In this document: positions 11,658-24,514 of the stretch, in pieces
How positions within the stretch are numbered: the first letter of the stretch is position 1
How the letters are laid out: every line of letters starts with the position of its first letter
NCBI RefSeq assembly: GCF_964188315.1
Contig: NC_135663.1
Location: 43,338,001 to 43,402,000, forward strand
Direction: 5' to 3'
DNA from: Podarcis muralis
Lineage: Eukaryota
Length of the DNA stretch: 64,000 bases
The notes under the pieces: model-generated
Seen by the model: only the letters and a program-made list of their open reading frames with translations
Database searches by the model: none
What the model was told of the DNA's origin: nothing
Position numbers and translations under genes: made by a program

Positions 11658-12277
11658 GGCAGGGAGGCAGCTTCCTGCCCCCAATCAATAAAAATCAATA
11701 AAAATACAAAGCTAACTGAGGTTCTGCCTCCCCACCCAACTAAAATCCAGGCTACACCCATGGTTGGAGGGTCTGGTGTTGGCCATTAGCCCCAGCCCAT
11801 GTCCCAGTATGAAGTGCTATTGATAAATAACAGTCAATAACTGAAATGTGCAATCAAATTAAATATGCTCAGTCCTATTAATCAGAGCATCTATGGGCAG
11901 GCTGTAAAGAAATAAAGAAGGATGGTGAGTGGGACAGGGTATTCTGCTGGCCCAGAGAAGAGCTGATATTCAGTTTTCTGGTTATATATTATCTGAAATG
12001 TTGGTTTCCAGCTATCGTATGATGGATAGCTCTGGTTAAACCAACCAGAGCAAAACAAGTTGCTCTCCTTCTTCCATCAGTCAGAGCAGAAAGTGTGTGC
12101 CTGTTCATCTTACTTAATTTTTCTTCTTCCTTCCAGCATGAGACAGGGTAAAATGAATAAATGACAAATTGGTCAGTCGATTGCCTGAGTCAGCACCTCA
12201 GCCCATTTTGAGTTTGATCACTCTGAGGATCCTTCGTTTTCCTTCTGGTTGCATTAAATGACCTTAGTATAGCTGCA

Positions 12278-12626
12278 CGGGTGGCGCTGTGGGTAAAAGC
12301 CTCAGCGCCTAGGGCTTGCCGATCGAAAGGTCAGCAGTTTGAATCCCCGCGGCGGGGTGCGCTCCCGCTGCTCGGTCCCAGCGCCTGCCAACCTAGCAGT
12401 TCGAAAGCACCCCCGGGTGCAAGTAGATAAATAGGGACCGCTTACTAGCGGGAAGGTAAACGGCGTTTCCGTGTGCGGCTCTGGCTCGCCAGAGCAGCGA
12501 TGTCACGCTGGCCATGTGACCCGGAAGTGTCTCCGGACAGCGCTGGCCCCCGGCCTATAGAGTGAGATGGGCGCACAACCCTAGAGTCTGTCAAGACTGG
12601 CCCGTACGGGCAGGGGTACCTTTACC
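12278..12626 (+). mobile_element. Sauria SINE, divergent CpG-rich subfamily, 10-bp TSD
   Basis: TATAGCTGCA at 12268-12277 and 12627-12636; tRNA-like head; ACCTTT tail. Confidence 0.93.
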
Positions 12627-12929
12627 TATAGCTGCATATTTATGCTAATGCTAAAGGAACCTTAATTAATCATCTTAGGCTGCAGTTATGTCACATGTAT
12701 CTGGGTGCAAGTCCCATTTAGCTCCGTGGGATTTACTTCTGAGTAGACATACACAGCATTGCAATGTTTGTGGGGGGTTTTTGTAAAGAAGCTGGAAGGA
12801 AGCTGAAGGGCAGTATATAAAATGAACAAACAATGTATGTGTACATGTAATTTCTACCATTTGACCAATGGGTCAGATATGGCTGGAAAAGACAACGAAG
12901 CATAAGAATAATGCTCAACAGCAATTTCT

Positions 12930-13800
12930 TTCACCTCATGGTCACACAGTCAAGTGGAACTGATGCTGCTGAATGTATACCTGAAGCAATAACCTTTTTA
13001 AGAGCTATTCAAACTGTGTACTACCCAAGTGGTGGGAATTACTGCAAAACATTATTGGTCATTCTCTTCATGGTATGCCTGAAACAAAATGGTCAGATTG
13101 TGTTGAATGTGTAAAGCCTTTTCCAGCACTCTCGACTGGCATTTAATTAGAACTGAAAGACTGCCTAGAACTACATTTAATGGTCAAAACAAGAAATGAA
13201 GTCCACAATTTTTTGCCTGTGTGCTAATGTTAGCCGTGTGGTACAAAATATTAGCTGGCATAGATATTTGCAACAAGGCCATCCAAACTAGAGATGTCAC
13301 ACCAGATGTTGAAGTGACAAAAAAAAACAGCTCTCCTCACAGAGCTGGAAAAATTCAAAACAACTAGAAATGCATGTGGAATGAAGCCAAATTGGTTGCG
13401 TCAAAGCTAAATATAGAAATAAACCTTTTCTGTAGATGTGATGGAGTTAGCTGCAAGAGGGCAAGGCTGCATGATGACAGCACACCTGATGCTAACTTAG
13501 AAGAAATGAATGACACAGATGATGCTCCAGAAGAGGCCTGCATCAGAAAGTGTGTGTTTTATGTTTTGGTAGACAATGTCATATCAGGATTAACTGTCTG
13601 CTTCATTGCTGTTAAGTAGTTGTCAGGGGGGGAAATGATTTCTTGTGGAAATATCTCACTGTGTCCCAAAGTAAGGTGGGGGGAAAAGCTTTATCTTTAT
13701 CAGAGCAATATTCTGTTGACTTTAACGATGGTGATTTTGGAAAAGAAATGCAACATTTCAAGGAAAACTTGATTGCAAGTGTCTCTCAGGAATATTTTAG
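12930..13800 (+). pseudogene. Fossil hAT-superfamily transposase fragment
   Basis: Frameshifted translations DAAECIPEAITFLRAIQTVY, WELLQNIIGHSLHGMPETKWS..VECVKPF, LAVWYKILAGIDICNKAIQT and WNEAKLVASKL...VFYVLVDNVISGLT follow the order of hAT transposase blocks (TRW motif, W..IL..I...SK.LQ, F..ILD..IS.L..RF). Confidence 0.75.
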
Positions 13801-15530
13801 GTAGATGAATGTGACTGTTCACAATATACAGGGGAAGACGTATCATGGTGTTCTATGCTGGTTACACAAAATGCACATTCCAGTCTTTGCACAACATATG
13901 TAAGAGATTTTAATAGAGTCAAGAATACTGGGGTAGAGGCAGCAATCTGAATCAGTAGGAAGAAAGAGAGCTGTTTTTTTCTTGTTCATTAAGAGAGACC
14001 CAAGACTCACATGTAATGATCAGTGTAAGATAACTGTGATCCACTCTAATCTTTTCTCACTTCCGAGGTTCATATTGTCCTTAGGCATCTGAGTAATGTG
14101 TTGTTTTGCATGTCTGTATCTCCAGATCCCCTCTGGAGAAGAATTCATCTCTTCCACTGATCTCTGTCAGAGATTAACGTAGCCACTTTGTTCTTGGCTA
14201 ATTTAGAGATTGTTTTGGCAAAAGCCTGAGATAAATTGAATCTTAATCTCTCATTACTGGATCTGTTTGCATTAATGTATTAATATATGTTGCATACAAA
14301 TATGCCTTTGAGAATCTAAGATAAGGCAGCAACATAAATTGAGCAGACCATATTAATCTCATTGAAGCAAATATCAGTTAAATGTAATAGAGATAATTTT
14401 TCTTCTTTAATAATGTTCTCAAATGGTGAGTTAATGTCCTAAAGGGAGAGAGGTTGGTAGGAAATGCATTTTTCCTGAATTATTTTATTATAGGGTATAA
14501 AAATATTTTAATTTTCAGTTAATGAATTTATCTTATTTGCCTTGGTCATCATGTTGCAAAAGGGATGAGCATCATAAACAACAAACACAACTGTGTTCCT
14601 AGAGGTGCCAGACTAATAGCACTGCTCTTTCAGTATTATTAACATACTGATGAATTACAGCTAAAGAATTAGTACAGTCTGTGCAATCCCTGTCTTGTAT
14701 TCTAAGCCTAGTATGCGTAGCTATCTTCTAAGTTGTTAGCTCCTTTGTTCAGGAAACAGACAAATTAAAAATCCCACTATGTGATTGTTTCACAGCTTAA
14801 TGAAAGTGCATATTGCTTCAAGGAACCATTTGTCACAATTAGAACAATTAGTTTTGGAGTTGCACAGAAAAAAATATATCTATTAAAGAAGAACTAAGCA
14901 CAATAAAATTAGAGGCTGATTAAATTGCTTTTGTCCTTCATTCTCCTTCCATCCTGCCTCATCACACCTTTCCCCTTACGAACACCTTTTCTTCTTGATA
15001 GACACCTCTGCCCTTAAAAGGTATTGACAAATTATCACATCCCTATTTGCTGTAGGCTTGGCCACATCTCTTTTTAGTATGATCATAGCAGCTGTAAACA
15101 AGCCCTCTAGCTAATTTTGGTTGCAGGAAATTGCAGCATTCTTTAGAATCTGCACTCATCTGCACAAACATGGCATTTTTGCCCACAAACGACACAGTCT
15201 CCTTGTACTGCATACATATCTGATTCAGCAATACCGTTTTGTGCCAAATTGCATGAGGGGGAAGAGCAGGGTTGTGCTTGCTAGCCCCACCCCTGCTGCC
15301 ACACAACCCAACAATCCCACCTCCTGCCACCCACAAGCCACAAAGTGCTGGTATTAAAAGCTAAGCAGGACTCATCTTCAACCGATAACTTAGTCTATCA
15401 GCATATATGAAACAATCAAGGCTCTAAATAGCATAAGCAGCCTATATTTGTAGAGCAGCCTCCACATTTCAGACCTTCCCTCTCCATGCAATGTATGGCT
15501 GGCCAGGGCCATGACGGATAGGGGGTATAA

Positions 15531-15532
<2 letters not shown>

Positions 15533-15570
<38 letters not shown>
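15533..15570 (+). repeat. (TAA)n microsatellite following an L2-like 3' end
   Basis: Direct reading; preceded by GACGGATAGGGGGTATAAAT. Confidence 0.85.
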
Positions 15571-17459
15571 TGCTGCCAATCTGATTGGGTTGCCCCAGCC
15601 ACCCTGGGCTACTCCCAACAAAAAATAGTAAAAGCACAATACAACATCAAACACTAAAAACTTCCCTTGAGCACAGCACCATACTAAATGTATTCCCAGT
15701 TGTGCAAAGACTACATGCCAGAAAATATTTCTCTTCGTAAGTGTTCCCATTTATGGGATGCTCTCCCCAGGGAGACTCGTGTGGTGCCTTCTTTACATAT
15801 TTTTAGGCACCAGGCAAAAACATTCCTCTTCTCCCAGATATTTGGCTAATTAAACAATCTATGCCCTTTCAAACTGTATGTAGGGGGTATTGTTTTTGTA
15901 GCCTGGGCAGGCCGGGTCACCCTGACCCTCACCTGAATCTCATAGCTCTCCTGTAGCTGCCTCTGATTAGTTATCATTTAACTCTTGGGGGAAATAATTA
16001 GCATCACACATCATGTGCATGGAAGTTGACGAACCAATTAACCAACTAGAAGGATTACTGTTAATAGCACCAGTTTTCCTATAACTTGATATTGCTGGAT
16101 AGTTTTGATGAACTGCAAAAGCATTTTTAGTTTGCTTTCTCTTGCCACCCTGGAACTTTTCTTTATTAGTGCCACTTTGTTTTGTACGATTCCTTGCAAA
16201 TGAAGGAAAACAACTTTTCTGCTTGTATATGTTGATAATATAATTTTGGTTACTGAGGACAAACAAGTTTGTACAAAAACAAGATTGGGTACAAGCCTGA
16301 CCAGGACATAGGCGCCCTGACAGTGACAAATGTGACCTGTGTGCTTGCTTGCTTGCTTGCTTGCTTGCTTGATTAACAGATATTGGGAACTTCAAGGTCC
16401 CTGCTCTCCCTTCTTATGGTCTTTGTACTGGACCTGGAGACTCCAATAGAGAGCATTCCATGTCAAGAAGGAGGGCAAGTGGGCACTCTATCAAATGACA
16501 AGGCAGGAGTTACATGGAGCAGAGCCTTTTCACTGGTGGTGCCCATTGTATGCCTCTCTCTTCCCAGACTTGCTCTCTTTTGGCCTGTATTTTGGAGCTT
16601 TATAATTTAGGAAGACTTTGGAAGAACTGTTTGACAAGTCTTATCCATTGCTGACATATGAGCGGATTTTATTTGCTGCTATTCTGTGCTTCTGGGGCAC
16701 CAGGGTTTACACCAGCGTAATAGAGTTGGCCAGCATGCCAGAAGGGATACAATTTATGAGCTTTCTCCATTATCTGCACAGTAGGGGATGTTGAATCAAC
16801 AGTGCAAAGGCTGAGCTGAAGCATTCCCTGCTGGTTACCTACTTTCAGCAATAGGGGTCACTGTTTGGTAGTACCCAATTGGTTAGCTGTCAGATTCTAG
16901 AGCTCCCTATTGGTGGAACAGCGGTAGCACATAATTTCTACATTTCACACTATGCAGCTGTCTCTTCATCACCAGTCCAAGGCTTTCTATGACTGAGTGC
17001 TGGGTACTTAAGGACACAGTCTTCTGGGTTTTATCAGTCCTCTAGAAGGAAACTTCCATCACGAAGACCTTCACAGTCTGCTCAGCAAGGATTAAGGAAT
17101 CTGTCAATGTCAATTTCTCATTTTTTCAAACTTAAATTCAGTCTCCACATTTCCACATCTGGATTATTATTTTTTAAGTTTTCCTGAAAATTTATCAGCA
17201 GTTTTAGTGCAATTTTCACCATTTTGCGAAGAACTTTCCCTTAATACAATGCATTTTGTTTGCTATTTTCACAAATAACCGGGGGGGGGGGGACACAAGT
17301 GAAGTGATAACTCTCTCTGCCATGTGCACGGCATATGGTTCCCCTACCCCTGAAATTATGGTGGGGGGCTTTCTCATGTGTACCTGTACTACCCCTATTT
17401 TCAAACTAAGAATTGCTTATTCATATCCATAACCCCACATATGAGTACATATTACTAAA

Positions 17460-17855
17460 GGTTCTTCATTGCAATGACCCCAATTAAGGGTTACACCCCC
17501 TTCTGTCTCAATTAATCTGTCACTCCTACATCTTGTAATCTGAGTTTGTAACCTCTGAGCTTTCTGTTCTGATATTTTCTGAGCTCTCCATGACCTTGGG
17601 GAAGGGGTGTGTGTGTGGATACTATCCAGAGACTGTGAATCTGTTAACCCTCTCTCTCCCAGTGCATCTTCTCCTAGCTGTTCCCCATCCTGTATTTCCC
17701 AGCTTCTGCTTTCTGAACTATGCTCCTCTGCAAACCACTCTTCTGAATCTACACTGTCCTCCTGCTCCTGGGAAGATTCAGAATCAGGATCCGGAGGAGG
17801 GGGTGGCTCCCACCATTCTTCCTCAGTGCAGCCTTCCTCAGCACGGTCCCTGACA
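17460..17855 (-). mobile_element. Truncated LTR-like repeat (GA-rich U3-like segment)
   Basis: Starts TGTCAGGGACC on the minus strand. The purine-rich body produces the acidic pseudo-ORF 17417-17875. No 3' CA end or TSD was found. Confidence 0.45.
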
Positions 17856-17919
17856 CCCTCCAAGGCCTCAGGCATATGTATATATTCTTATAATCAATTA
17901 GATGGCCCACTTAGGTAGG

Positions 17920-17992
17920 TATGCCCCGGATTGAACTTGGAACCTTCTACATGTAAAGCAAGTGCCCTACCGCTAAGCCATCAACCCTCCCC
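17920..17992 (-). mobile_element. tRNA-derived SINE head fragment
   Basis: The reverse complement GATGGCTTAGCGGTAGGGCACTTGCTTTACATGTAGAAGGTTCCAAGTTCAATCC has A/B-box-like motifs but no acceptor stem. Confidence 0.55.
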
Positions 17993-19053
17993 ATTTCTGG
18001 GTTTGGAAACAGTGGGGAACTAGGTAACACTCTGGTCTCTTCCAAGTCTAGGATTACATGGAGATACCCAGCTGCAGGTCTCTGAATCTTAGAAACACTG
18101 CAGAAATTGGCTGTTCTATCTTTGTAAACTCACTTTTTATGACTGTTATTTCTTTGTGTGGATTCTGATTAAACAAATATTTTGAGAAACATTTCTTTTT
18201 CATCCTCATACTCTCACTGCTGTGTTATTTCAAACCAAATATTTTCTACCATGTTATTAGTGCCATCTTGGTAATGATTTGATACCGTTTAGGATGCAGT
18301 CCTTAACATGAAATCAGAGGGCTCTATTTCTGTGTAAATATATTTCGGATTGGACTACAAAAAACCTATTTTGAATGAGAAACATGCTCTTAATAATCAC
18401 AAAACCTTGGAAATTAAACTTTTATTTCAGATAAGATCCGATAATCAACAATTACAGTTTCTATATGACTGTTGTAGTTGAAAGTCAAGAGCTATGGTAA
18501 ACTGGCAATGTGATTTGCTTAGTCCCAACAATTCGTGTTACTTTCCTCCTCACATTTTTTCCTGTCTGCTAGGAGCATTGTTACACTAAGATCTCAACAG
18601 CACCCACACGCATAAATCCATCTTTCCACTGGCACTTGCTCATTTATCTTCAATTCAAGAAGCTAGCTATTGTGAGTAGATAGTGTGGTGTGCCATCTGT
18701 ATTATCAGATGCAATAATGAATGTCAGTCAGACTCTTCCTTTGCAAATAATGCCAATTATCATTTTGATTTAGGACAGATTGATGCTGGCAGATTGTACA
18801 ACTCCTACCACATCTGGTGCCTAACACAAAAAGTGTCAGGAGTAATTCTAAGGCAGCAAAGTACAGTGAATTATGGAGTCTGCTCAGTGTGTTAGAAACT
18901 GAAGAAATGCTACTCTGATCTGCAGCATCCATCAATGTGTTTAGCATTGCAGCACAGTATAGGTGCCTTGGCACATGTGCTGGCACTTTGGCATCAGGTT
19001 AGAAATAGACACAGAAGGAACATGACATGCACATACCAGGTGGGACCAAGGAC

Positions 19054-19266
19054 CATAGAATCATGGAATTGTATGGTTGGAAGGGACCCTGAGGGTCATC
19101 TAGTCCAACCCCCTGCAATGCAGGAATCTCGGCTAAAGCATCCATGACAGACGGCTGTCCAACCTCTGCTTAAAAACTTCCAGTGAAGGAGAGTCCACAA
19201 CCTTCCTGGGGATCCGGTCTGCTGTTGAACACTTCTTAATGTCAGAAAGTTCTTCCTGATGTTTAG
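19054..19266 (-). mobile_element. CR1 LINE 3' fragment
   Basis: CATAGAATCATGGAATTG..GGTTGGAAGGGACC...CATCTAGTCCAACCCC and AGAAAGTTCTTCCTGATGTTTAG are the CR1 3' end in reverse. Confidence 0.85.
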
Positions 19267-19413
19267 ATTCATGGAATCATAGAGCTGTAGAGTTGGAAGG
19301 GACACTGAGGATCATCTAGACCAACCCCCTGCAATGAAGCTGTTCCATACAGGGATAAAACCTGCAACCTCAGTGTTATCAACACCATGCTCTAGCCAAC
19401 TGAGCTAACAGCC
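19267..19413 (-). mobile_element. Short SINE with tRNA head and CR1-derived tail (Squam3-like)
   Basis: The reverse complement begins TAGCTCAGTTGGCTAGAGCATGGTGTTGATAACACTGAGGTTGCAGGTT and ends CCCTTCCAACTCTAC...CTATGATTC. Confidence 0.75.
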
Positions 19414-19844
19414 AATCAGTTTTAAGTCATTGTACCTCTGTAACAGTGTCAGATATGAAGTTCAGGATTGGAGTAAATATGTAAAATTAAATAGATGGAT
19501 AAATAAAAGCATCCATCACTCTATAACTTAGTTGATATTTCTGCCATTAAAATTGCAATATAAGAACAATGAAAATAATTTGAAAACCATGAAACAACAG
19601 AAGCAGCAAAAAAAAAATAAATGGGCAGAAACACACACACACACAAATTTATTATTATTAGAATAATGGTAGTCCTTGTGAAACAAATGTTTTTTCTTTT
19701 AAGGCAGCATCTGTCTCATATTGTCATTCATCAATATGTGTTGGCAGTTTTATTGTTCCACAAGGACTTCTATCATTTGTGAAAGCTCTATCTTATACAC
19801 GTAGTAGTGCTTTGAGACTTTGCCATGTATTTTTTTTTTTTCCA

Positions 19845-20195
19845 TTGGCAACCCCCCAAATACGTCTTCCAGTGGTTTCATAACTGTGGAGATGAGATAA
19901 GACCCTGAGCGAGACCATAATCCAATGGCCAAAAGTAGTCCCTCAGCACTGCTTTCTTGAACTGCCTCTCTAAGAAGGATTGGGACCATTGTAAAACAGG
20001 GCTCCAAGGCCTATCCCAACCAGCTGGTCTAGAAACATACCCTGGCTGGTGGCATCAAAAGCTGTAGAGTGGTCCAGCAGAATGAATAGGGCCTTGTTTC
20101 CCCTCTCCAGCTCCTGATGCAGATCATCCAGCAAGGAAACAAAAGCTGTCTCCATCGTATAGTGAGCCAGGTTGAAAGAGAGTGAAATTATCCAT
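19845..20195 (-). pseudogene. L2 LINE RT fragment
   Basis: Translation ETAFVSLLDDLHQELERGNKALFILLDHSTAFD and MKPLEDVF resemble L2 ORF2 (ETAL..L.DDL...LD.G....LILLDLSAAFD). Confidence 0.8.
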
Positions 20196-20323
20196 ATCAT
20201 CCAGGAACAGCTGGAGTCGAGTTGCTACCACACACTTAAGTACATTCAGAACCATCCACAGGGCAGTCCTAACACTGGTAAATTACTGTCTGTCAGAAGC
20301 CAGAGAAAAAGCTTTTCCCTATA

Positions 20324-20566
20324 CAGTGGTACCTCGGGTTACAGACGCTTCAGGTTACAGGCGCTTCAGGCTACAGACTCTGCTAACCCAGAAATAGTAC
20401 CTTGGGTTAAGAACTTTGCTTCAGGATGAGAACAGAAATCGCACGGTGGTGGCGCGGTGGTAGCAGGAAGGTCCCATTAGCTAAAGTGGTACCTCAGGTT
20501 AAGAACAGTTTCAGGTTAAGAATGGACCTCCAGAACGAATTAAGTTCCTAACCCAAGGTACCACTG
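20324..20566 (-). mobile_element. Tc1/mariner (Tigger-like) MITE
   Basis: CAGTGGTACCT TIRs with TA flanks; reverse orientation relative to 8702-8929. Confidence 0.85.
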
Positions 20567-20706
20567 TATTAAGGAATCAAAACCCCTCTCTTCCACAAGC
20601 TACAGAGATGTGCTTGCATAGGATAAGATAAGCTTATGTGTTAACTGACTTTTCTTTAACCCTTTTCATTCTACAGTAATGAATTGTAATATTGCAAAGT
20701 TTCTGA

Positions 20707-20752
<46 letters not shown>

Positions 20753-21476
20753 AGTACACTGGCTTATTTTCCATTGTTTTCTCTACTACTTAGGCTTTAA
20801 ATACACTTTGAAATGCAAAATGCAATATTGTTGGCTTTCAGCCTCCTGCTTTAAATATATAGGAGTTCTGCTAAAGAGCAGCCTGACTCCCTCCCCTCAG
20901 AACTGTTACAACAACAACACAATCTGCCTTTTCACTTCCAGGCTAGATTACTGACTCAGCTAAAATAAATCCATGTGTAGATATAGGTTTGATGGATATT
21001 TAAAACACATCAGTTGTTGGGAAAGGTACCTGCTATTTTCAAAGATGCCAAATAAATGTAATCTTTCAGCTCAAAGTATGAGAATGTTTGGAAATAACAC
21101 TGTCATGGAAATGCCAGACGGTTGATCTTTGCTGCTGAGTTCTGTCTCTCTCCACCCCAATCTTTCATAATTCCACTGGGACAACAAAGCCTTGCTTGTA
21201 GGTTGCCTAGTGACAAAAGCAAATAATTGAATTGTCTGCCTGCCCTGCCCCCCCAACCCCCTTGACAGCACATTCCTCTTTTCCCTGTGTATTTGCTGAA
21301 TATGTTTTCTGCAGTGAAAGCAGGGTCGGGGGGGGGGGGAGCCTGTCCTGCACAGAGCTTGCTTAACCTTACAGATTGTGAATCAGCCTGAAACACCAAC
21401 ACCTACAAACTTTCAGTGGGAATACTTGCAAATTAGTTAAGGGCTTCAGGGTTGAAGCAACAGTGCCCAGAATGCA

Positions 21477-21694
21477 NNNNNNNNNNNNNNNNNNNNNNNN
21501 NNNNNNNNNNNNNNNNNNNNNNNNNNNNNNNNNNNNNNNNNNNNNNNNNNNNNNNNNNNNNNNNNNNNNNNNNNNNNNNNNNNNNNNNNNNNNNNNNNNN
21601 NNNNNNNNNNNNNNNNNNNNNNNNNNNNNNNNNNNNNNNNNNNNNNNNNNNNNNNNNNNNNNNNNNNNNNNNNNNNNNNNNNNNNNNNNNNNNN
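21477..21694. other. Assembly gap (218 N)
   Basis: N run. Confidence 1.
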
Positions 21695-21705
21695 TAGATA
21701 GATAG

Positions 21706-22944
21706 TTGGACCTTTTCCTGACTGATCCTCTTTGGTGGAGCGAACAGCTGACTTCTGTATTCACCGCTATCTCCTCCGCCCTAGACATCCCCGACTCCTG
21801 GAGAGAAGCTATAATAGTTCCGATCTTCAAAGGCGGCCAGCCAAACATCCCTAGGAACTATCGCCCCATCAGTTTATTATCTATTCCGGGGAAAATATTT
21901 GCCGCTGTTTTACTGGAAGAACTTCTTTCATGGGTCCAGGAGAGGAACATTCTACCGCTAGAACAGATTGGCTTCCGAAAGTCAGCATCAACCATGGACC
22001 ACTGTCTAACTCTCTATCACCTTGCCAGTAAATACACTGCACCAAGGCAAGGCCACCTATTTGCCGCTTTCATGGACCTGGAGGCCGCCTTTGATTCCAT
22101 TCCTAGGCAGAGATTATGGTCCAAACTTGCCCATCTGGGAATTGATCCGCACCTCCTCTCCCTAATTATTTCCCTTTATTCAAACACCACAGCTCGCGTC
22201 CGAAGTGGTCCCAACGGCTCCCTTACCACTCCATTCCCAACGGCCAAGGGTGTCCGACAAGGTTGTCTCTTGGCCCCTTTACTGTTTAATCTCTATCTTC
22301 ATGATGCAATTTCCCCTTTGAAGCTAGCATCTAAGTATCCTCCTCACTTAGCAGGCCACCCCGTTGCTTCCCTTTTCTATGCAGATGATGCCGTCATCTT
22401 ATCCAGAACAGCTGCGGACCTAGCAAATGTAGTTAATGCATTTATCGCCTATTGTAAGGCGGAAGCTCTTAATATTAATTATAAAAAATCGAAAGTCCTC
22501 CACTTCACTCGTTCCCGCAAACTCAAGCTGGAGCCGCTTAAGATCACAGGTGGCTACTTAGAAAAGGTAAAAGCCTTTAAATATCTAGGCTTAATATTCA
22601 CTTATAATCTCTCCTGGACCACCCATCTACAATCTGCCTTTCTCGCTGCAACCACGACCTCTAATGCCATTGTCCGATTTTACCACCAGAAGGGCGGCAA
22701 ACACCTTCCAGCAGCAATTCAAATATTTAATGCCAAAGTTGTCCCTAAATTATTATATGGCTGTGAAGTATGGACTACAGCAATATCAGGTAACTTGGAT
22801 CGCCCACTTCATATGTTTCTGAGATCTCTTTCCGGCGTCCCAAGATGTGTCTCAGGTGCAGCCCTACGACTTGAGTTCGCCCAGCCCTCAATTGTAAAAC
22901 GAGCATGGAGTCGAGCCATTTCCTATAGCTCCCACCTATTAGCA
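21706..22944 (+). CDS. Non-LTR retrotransposon reverse transcriptase, probably RTE-X clade (partial, bounded by microsatellite and gap)
   Basis: 413 open codons with IPDSWREAIIVPIFK, NYRPISLLS, QIGFR, FMDLEAAFDSIPR, GVRQGCLLAPLLFNLYL, YADD, KYLG, KLLYGCEVW and ALRLEF. The clade call is from motif style only. Confidence 0.88.
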
Positions 22945-23295
22945 NNNNNNNNNNNNNNNNNNNNNNNNNNNNNNNNNNNNNNNNNNNNNNNNNNNNNNNN
23001 NNNNNNNNNNNNNNNNNNNNNNNNNNNNNNNNNNNNNNNNNNNNNNNNNNNNNNNNNNNNNNNNNNNNNNNNNNNNNNNNNNNNNNNNNNNNNNNNNNNN
23101 NNNNNNNNNNNNNNNNNNNNNNNNNNNNNNNNNNNNNNNNNNNNNNNNNNNNNNNNNNNNNNNNNNNNNNNNNNNNNNNNNNNNNNNNNNNNNNNNNNNN
23201 NNNNNNNNNNNNNNNNNNNNNNNNNNNNNNNNNNNNNNNNNNNNNNNNNNNNNNNNNNNNNNNNNNNNNNNNNNNNNNNNNNNNNNNNNNNNNNN
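22945..23295. other. Assembly gap (351 N)
   Basis: N run. Confidence 1.
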
Positions 23296-23385
23296 ATAGA
23301 TCGATAGATCGAGATCGATAGATCGATAGATGATAGATAGTTAGACAGATGATAGATAGATATAGATAGATAGATGATAGATAGA
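23296..23385 (+). repeat. Imperfect (GATA)n microsatellite with GATC variants
   Basis: Direct reading. Confidence 0.95.
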
Positions 23386-24514
23386 GCATGGCACATCCAA
23401 AGTAGTACACTAGTAGATAATTACCAGACATGACGATAAACCAGAATGACATGGGCATTTTTATCCCACCCTCTTCATCATCACACCCCACATAAAAACC
23501 CAGAAGCCTGGATTCAAAGATTTGGCAGGTGATGTCAAATCCATAGGAGAACTTCAGTATTCCTCGCTCAGTTGCTCTCCTCTCTAGCCATTTTTTATCC
23601 TACTATTCCTTACTTCTTTTTACTTTCCTCTCAAATGCCCCTGTTTCTTCTCCCTATTATCTTACACTTTAGCAGCATTTGCGCAGGATCACAGCAACTG
23701 AGTTGATGGCAACCAGCAATCCTTCACTCTAAAGCAACTCATTTAATAGCACCAGAAGTCCTTGTGATTGAACAGCCCCTCTGTGACAGAGAGAAAGCTG
23801 AGCCAATCACTGTGAGAGGCTTAACCACCTCTGCAACTACTACCATAATGAAATCACTTTTGTGCATTACATCTCACTATCAGCCAATACAAATGCTGAG
23901 GACTGAAGTCTCAGATGAAAGAACCAAGTTCTTTCAATTGCCACAATTTCACATGTGCCTCTTTACAATGCATTCACATTCTTTCCACCAATCTAGGGCT
24001 TTAACAGAAGTATGGGAAGCCAGGAAGTCTGTCTCATGAATGCCTGAGATTGTGGGTTCCGAATGCTGAAATTGTTTCTATTACAACACTGCATCGATTT
24101 ATTTAAGTGTAAAAAAGTCACTTAAAAAAGTGAACAGCTGTTAGGTTCATGATACAGGCAACCCCTCCATTTCCCCATGGTTACAATAAACCCTAGCCAA
24201 GCATGCTATGAGGTTTTCAGGAGGTTTGGCATCTAGATGGGCTGCAGAATGGAGAGACAATTTGCAGAATGAACACGTATCCCACTTAGCCTACGCTAAA
24301 CAAGGTAAGTAGAAAGTAAGTCTTTCACTCCTCCTCCCAAGAATTTCACTGAAATAGTCTCTCCCTTTGCATAATTTTCAAATGCATTTTCTTTTCTTAT
24401 TGATAGAGAATGGTTTGAGGGGAAATGGAAGGGATTGGGGGGGCAGAGCACTCGTATTCACCACCCCAAATCACAACGTTTGCTGATCTCCCTGACCTGT
24501 CACTGATAACATAA

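Noticed and set aside
17417-17875. 152-aa acidic ORF (EEEWWEPPPPP...)
   Set aside because: It starts at the TG of a purine-rich LTR-like repeat, has no splice context and shows no recognisable domain.
17920-19413. tRNA-like sequences as genuine tRNA genes
   Set aside because: They lack complete cloverleaves and acceptor stems; one is fused to a CR1 tail, so they are SINE heads.
21369-23491. Long ORFs containing X runs
   Set aside because: They are open only because of N gaps; only 21706-22944 is real coding sequence.
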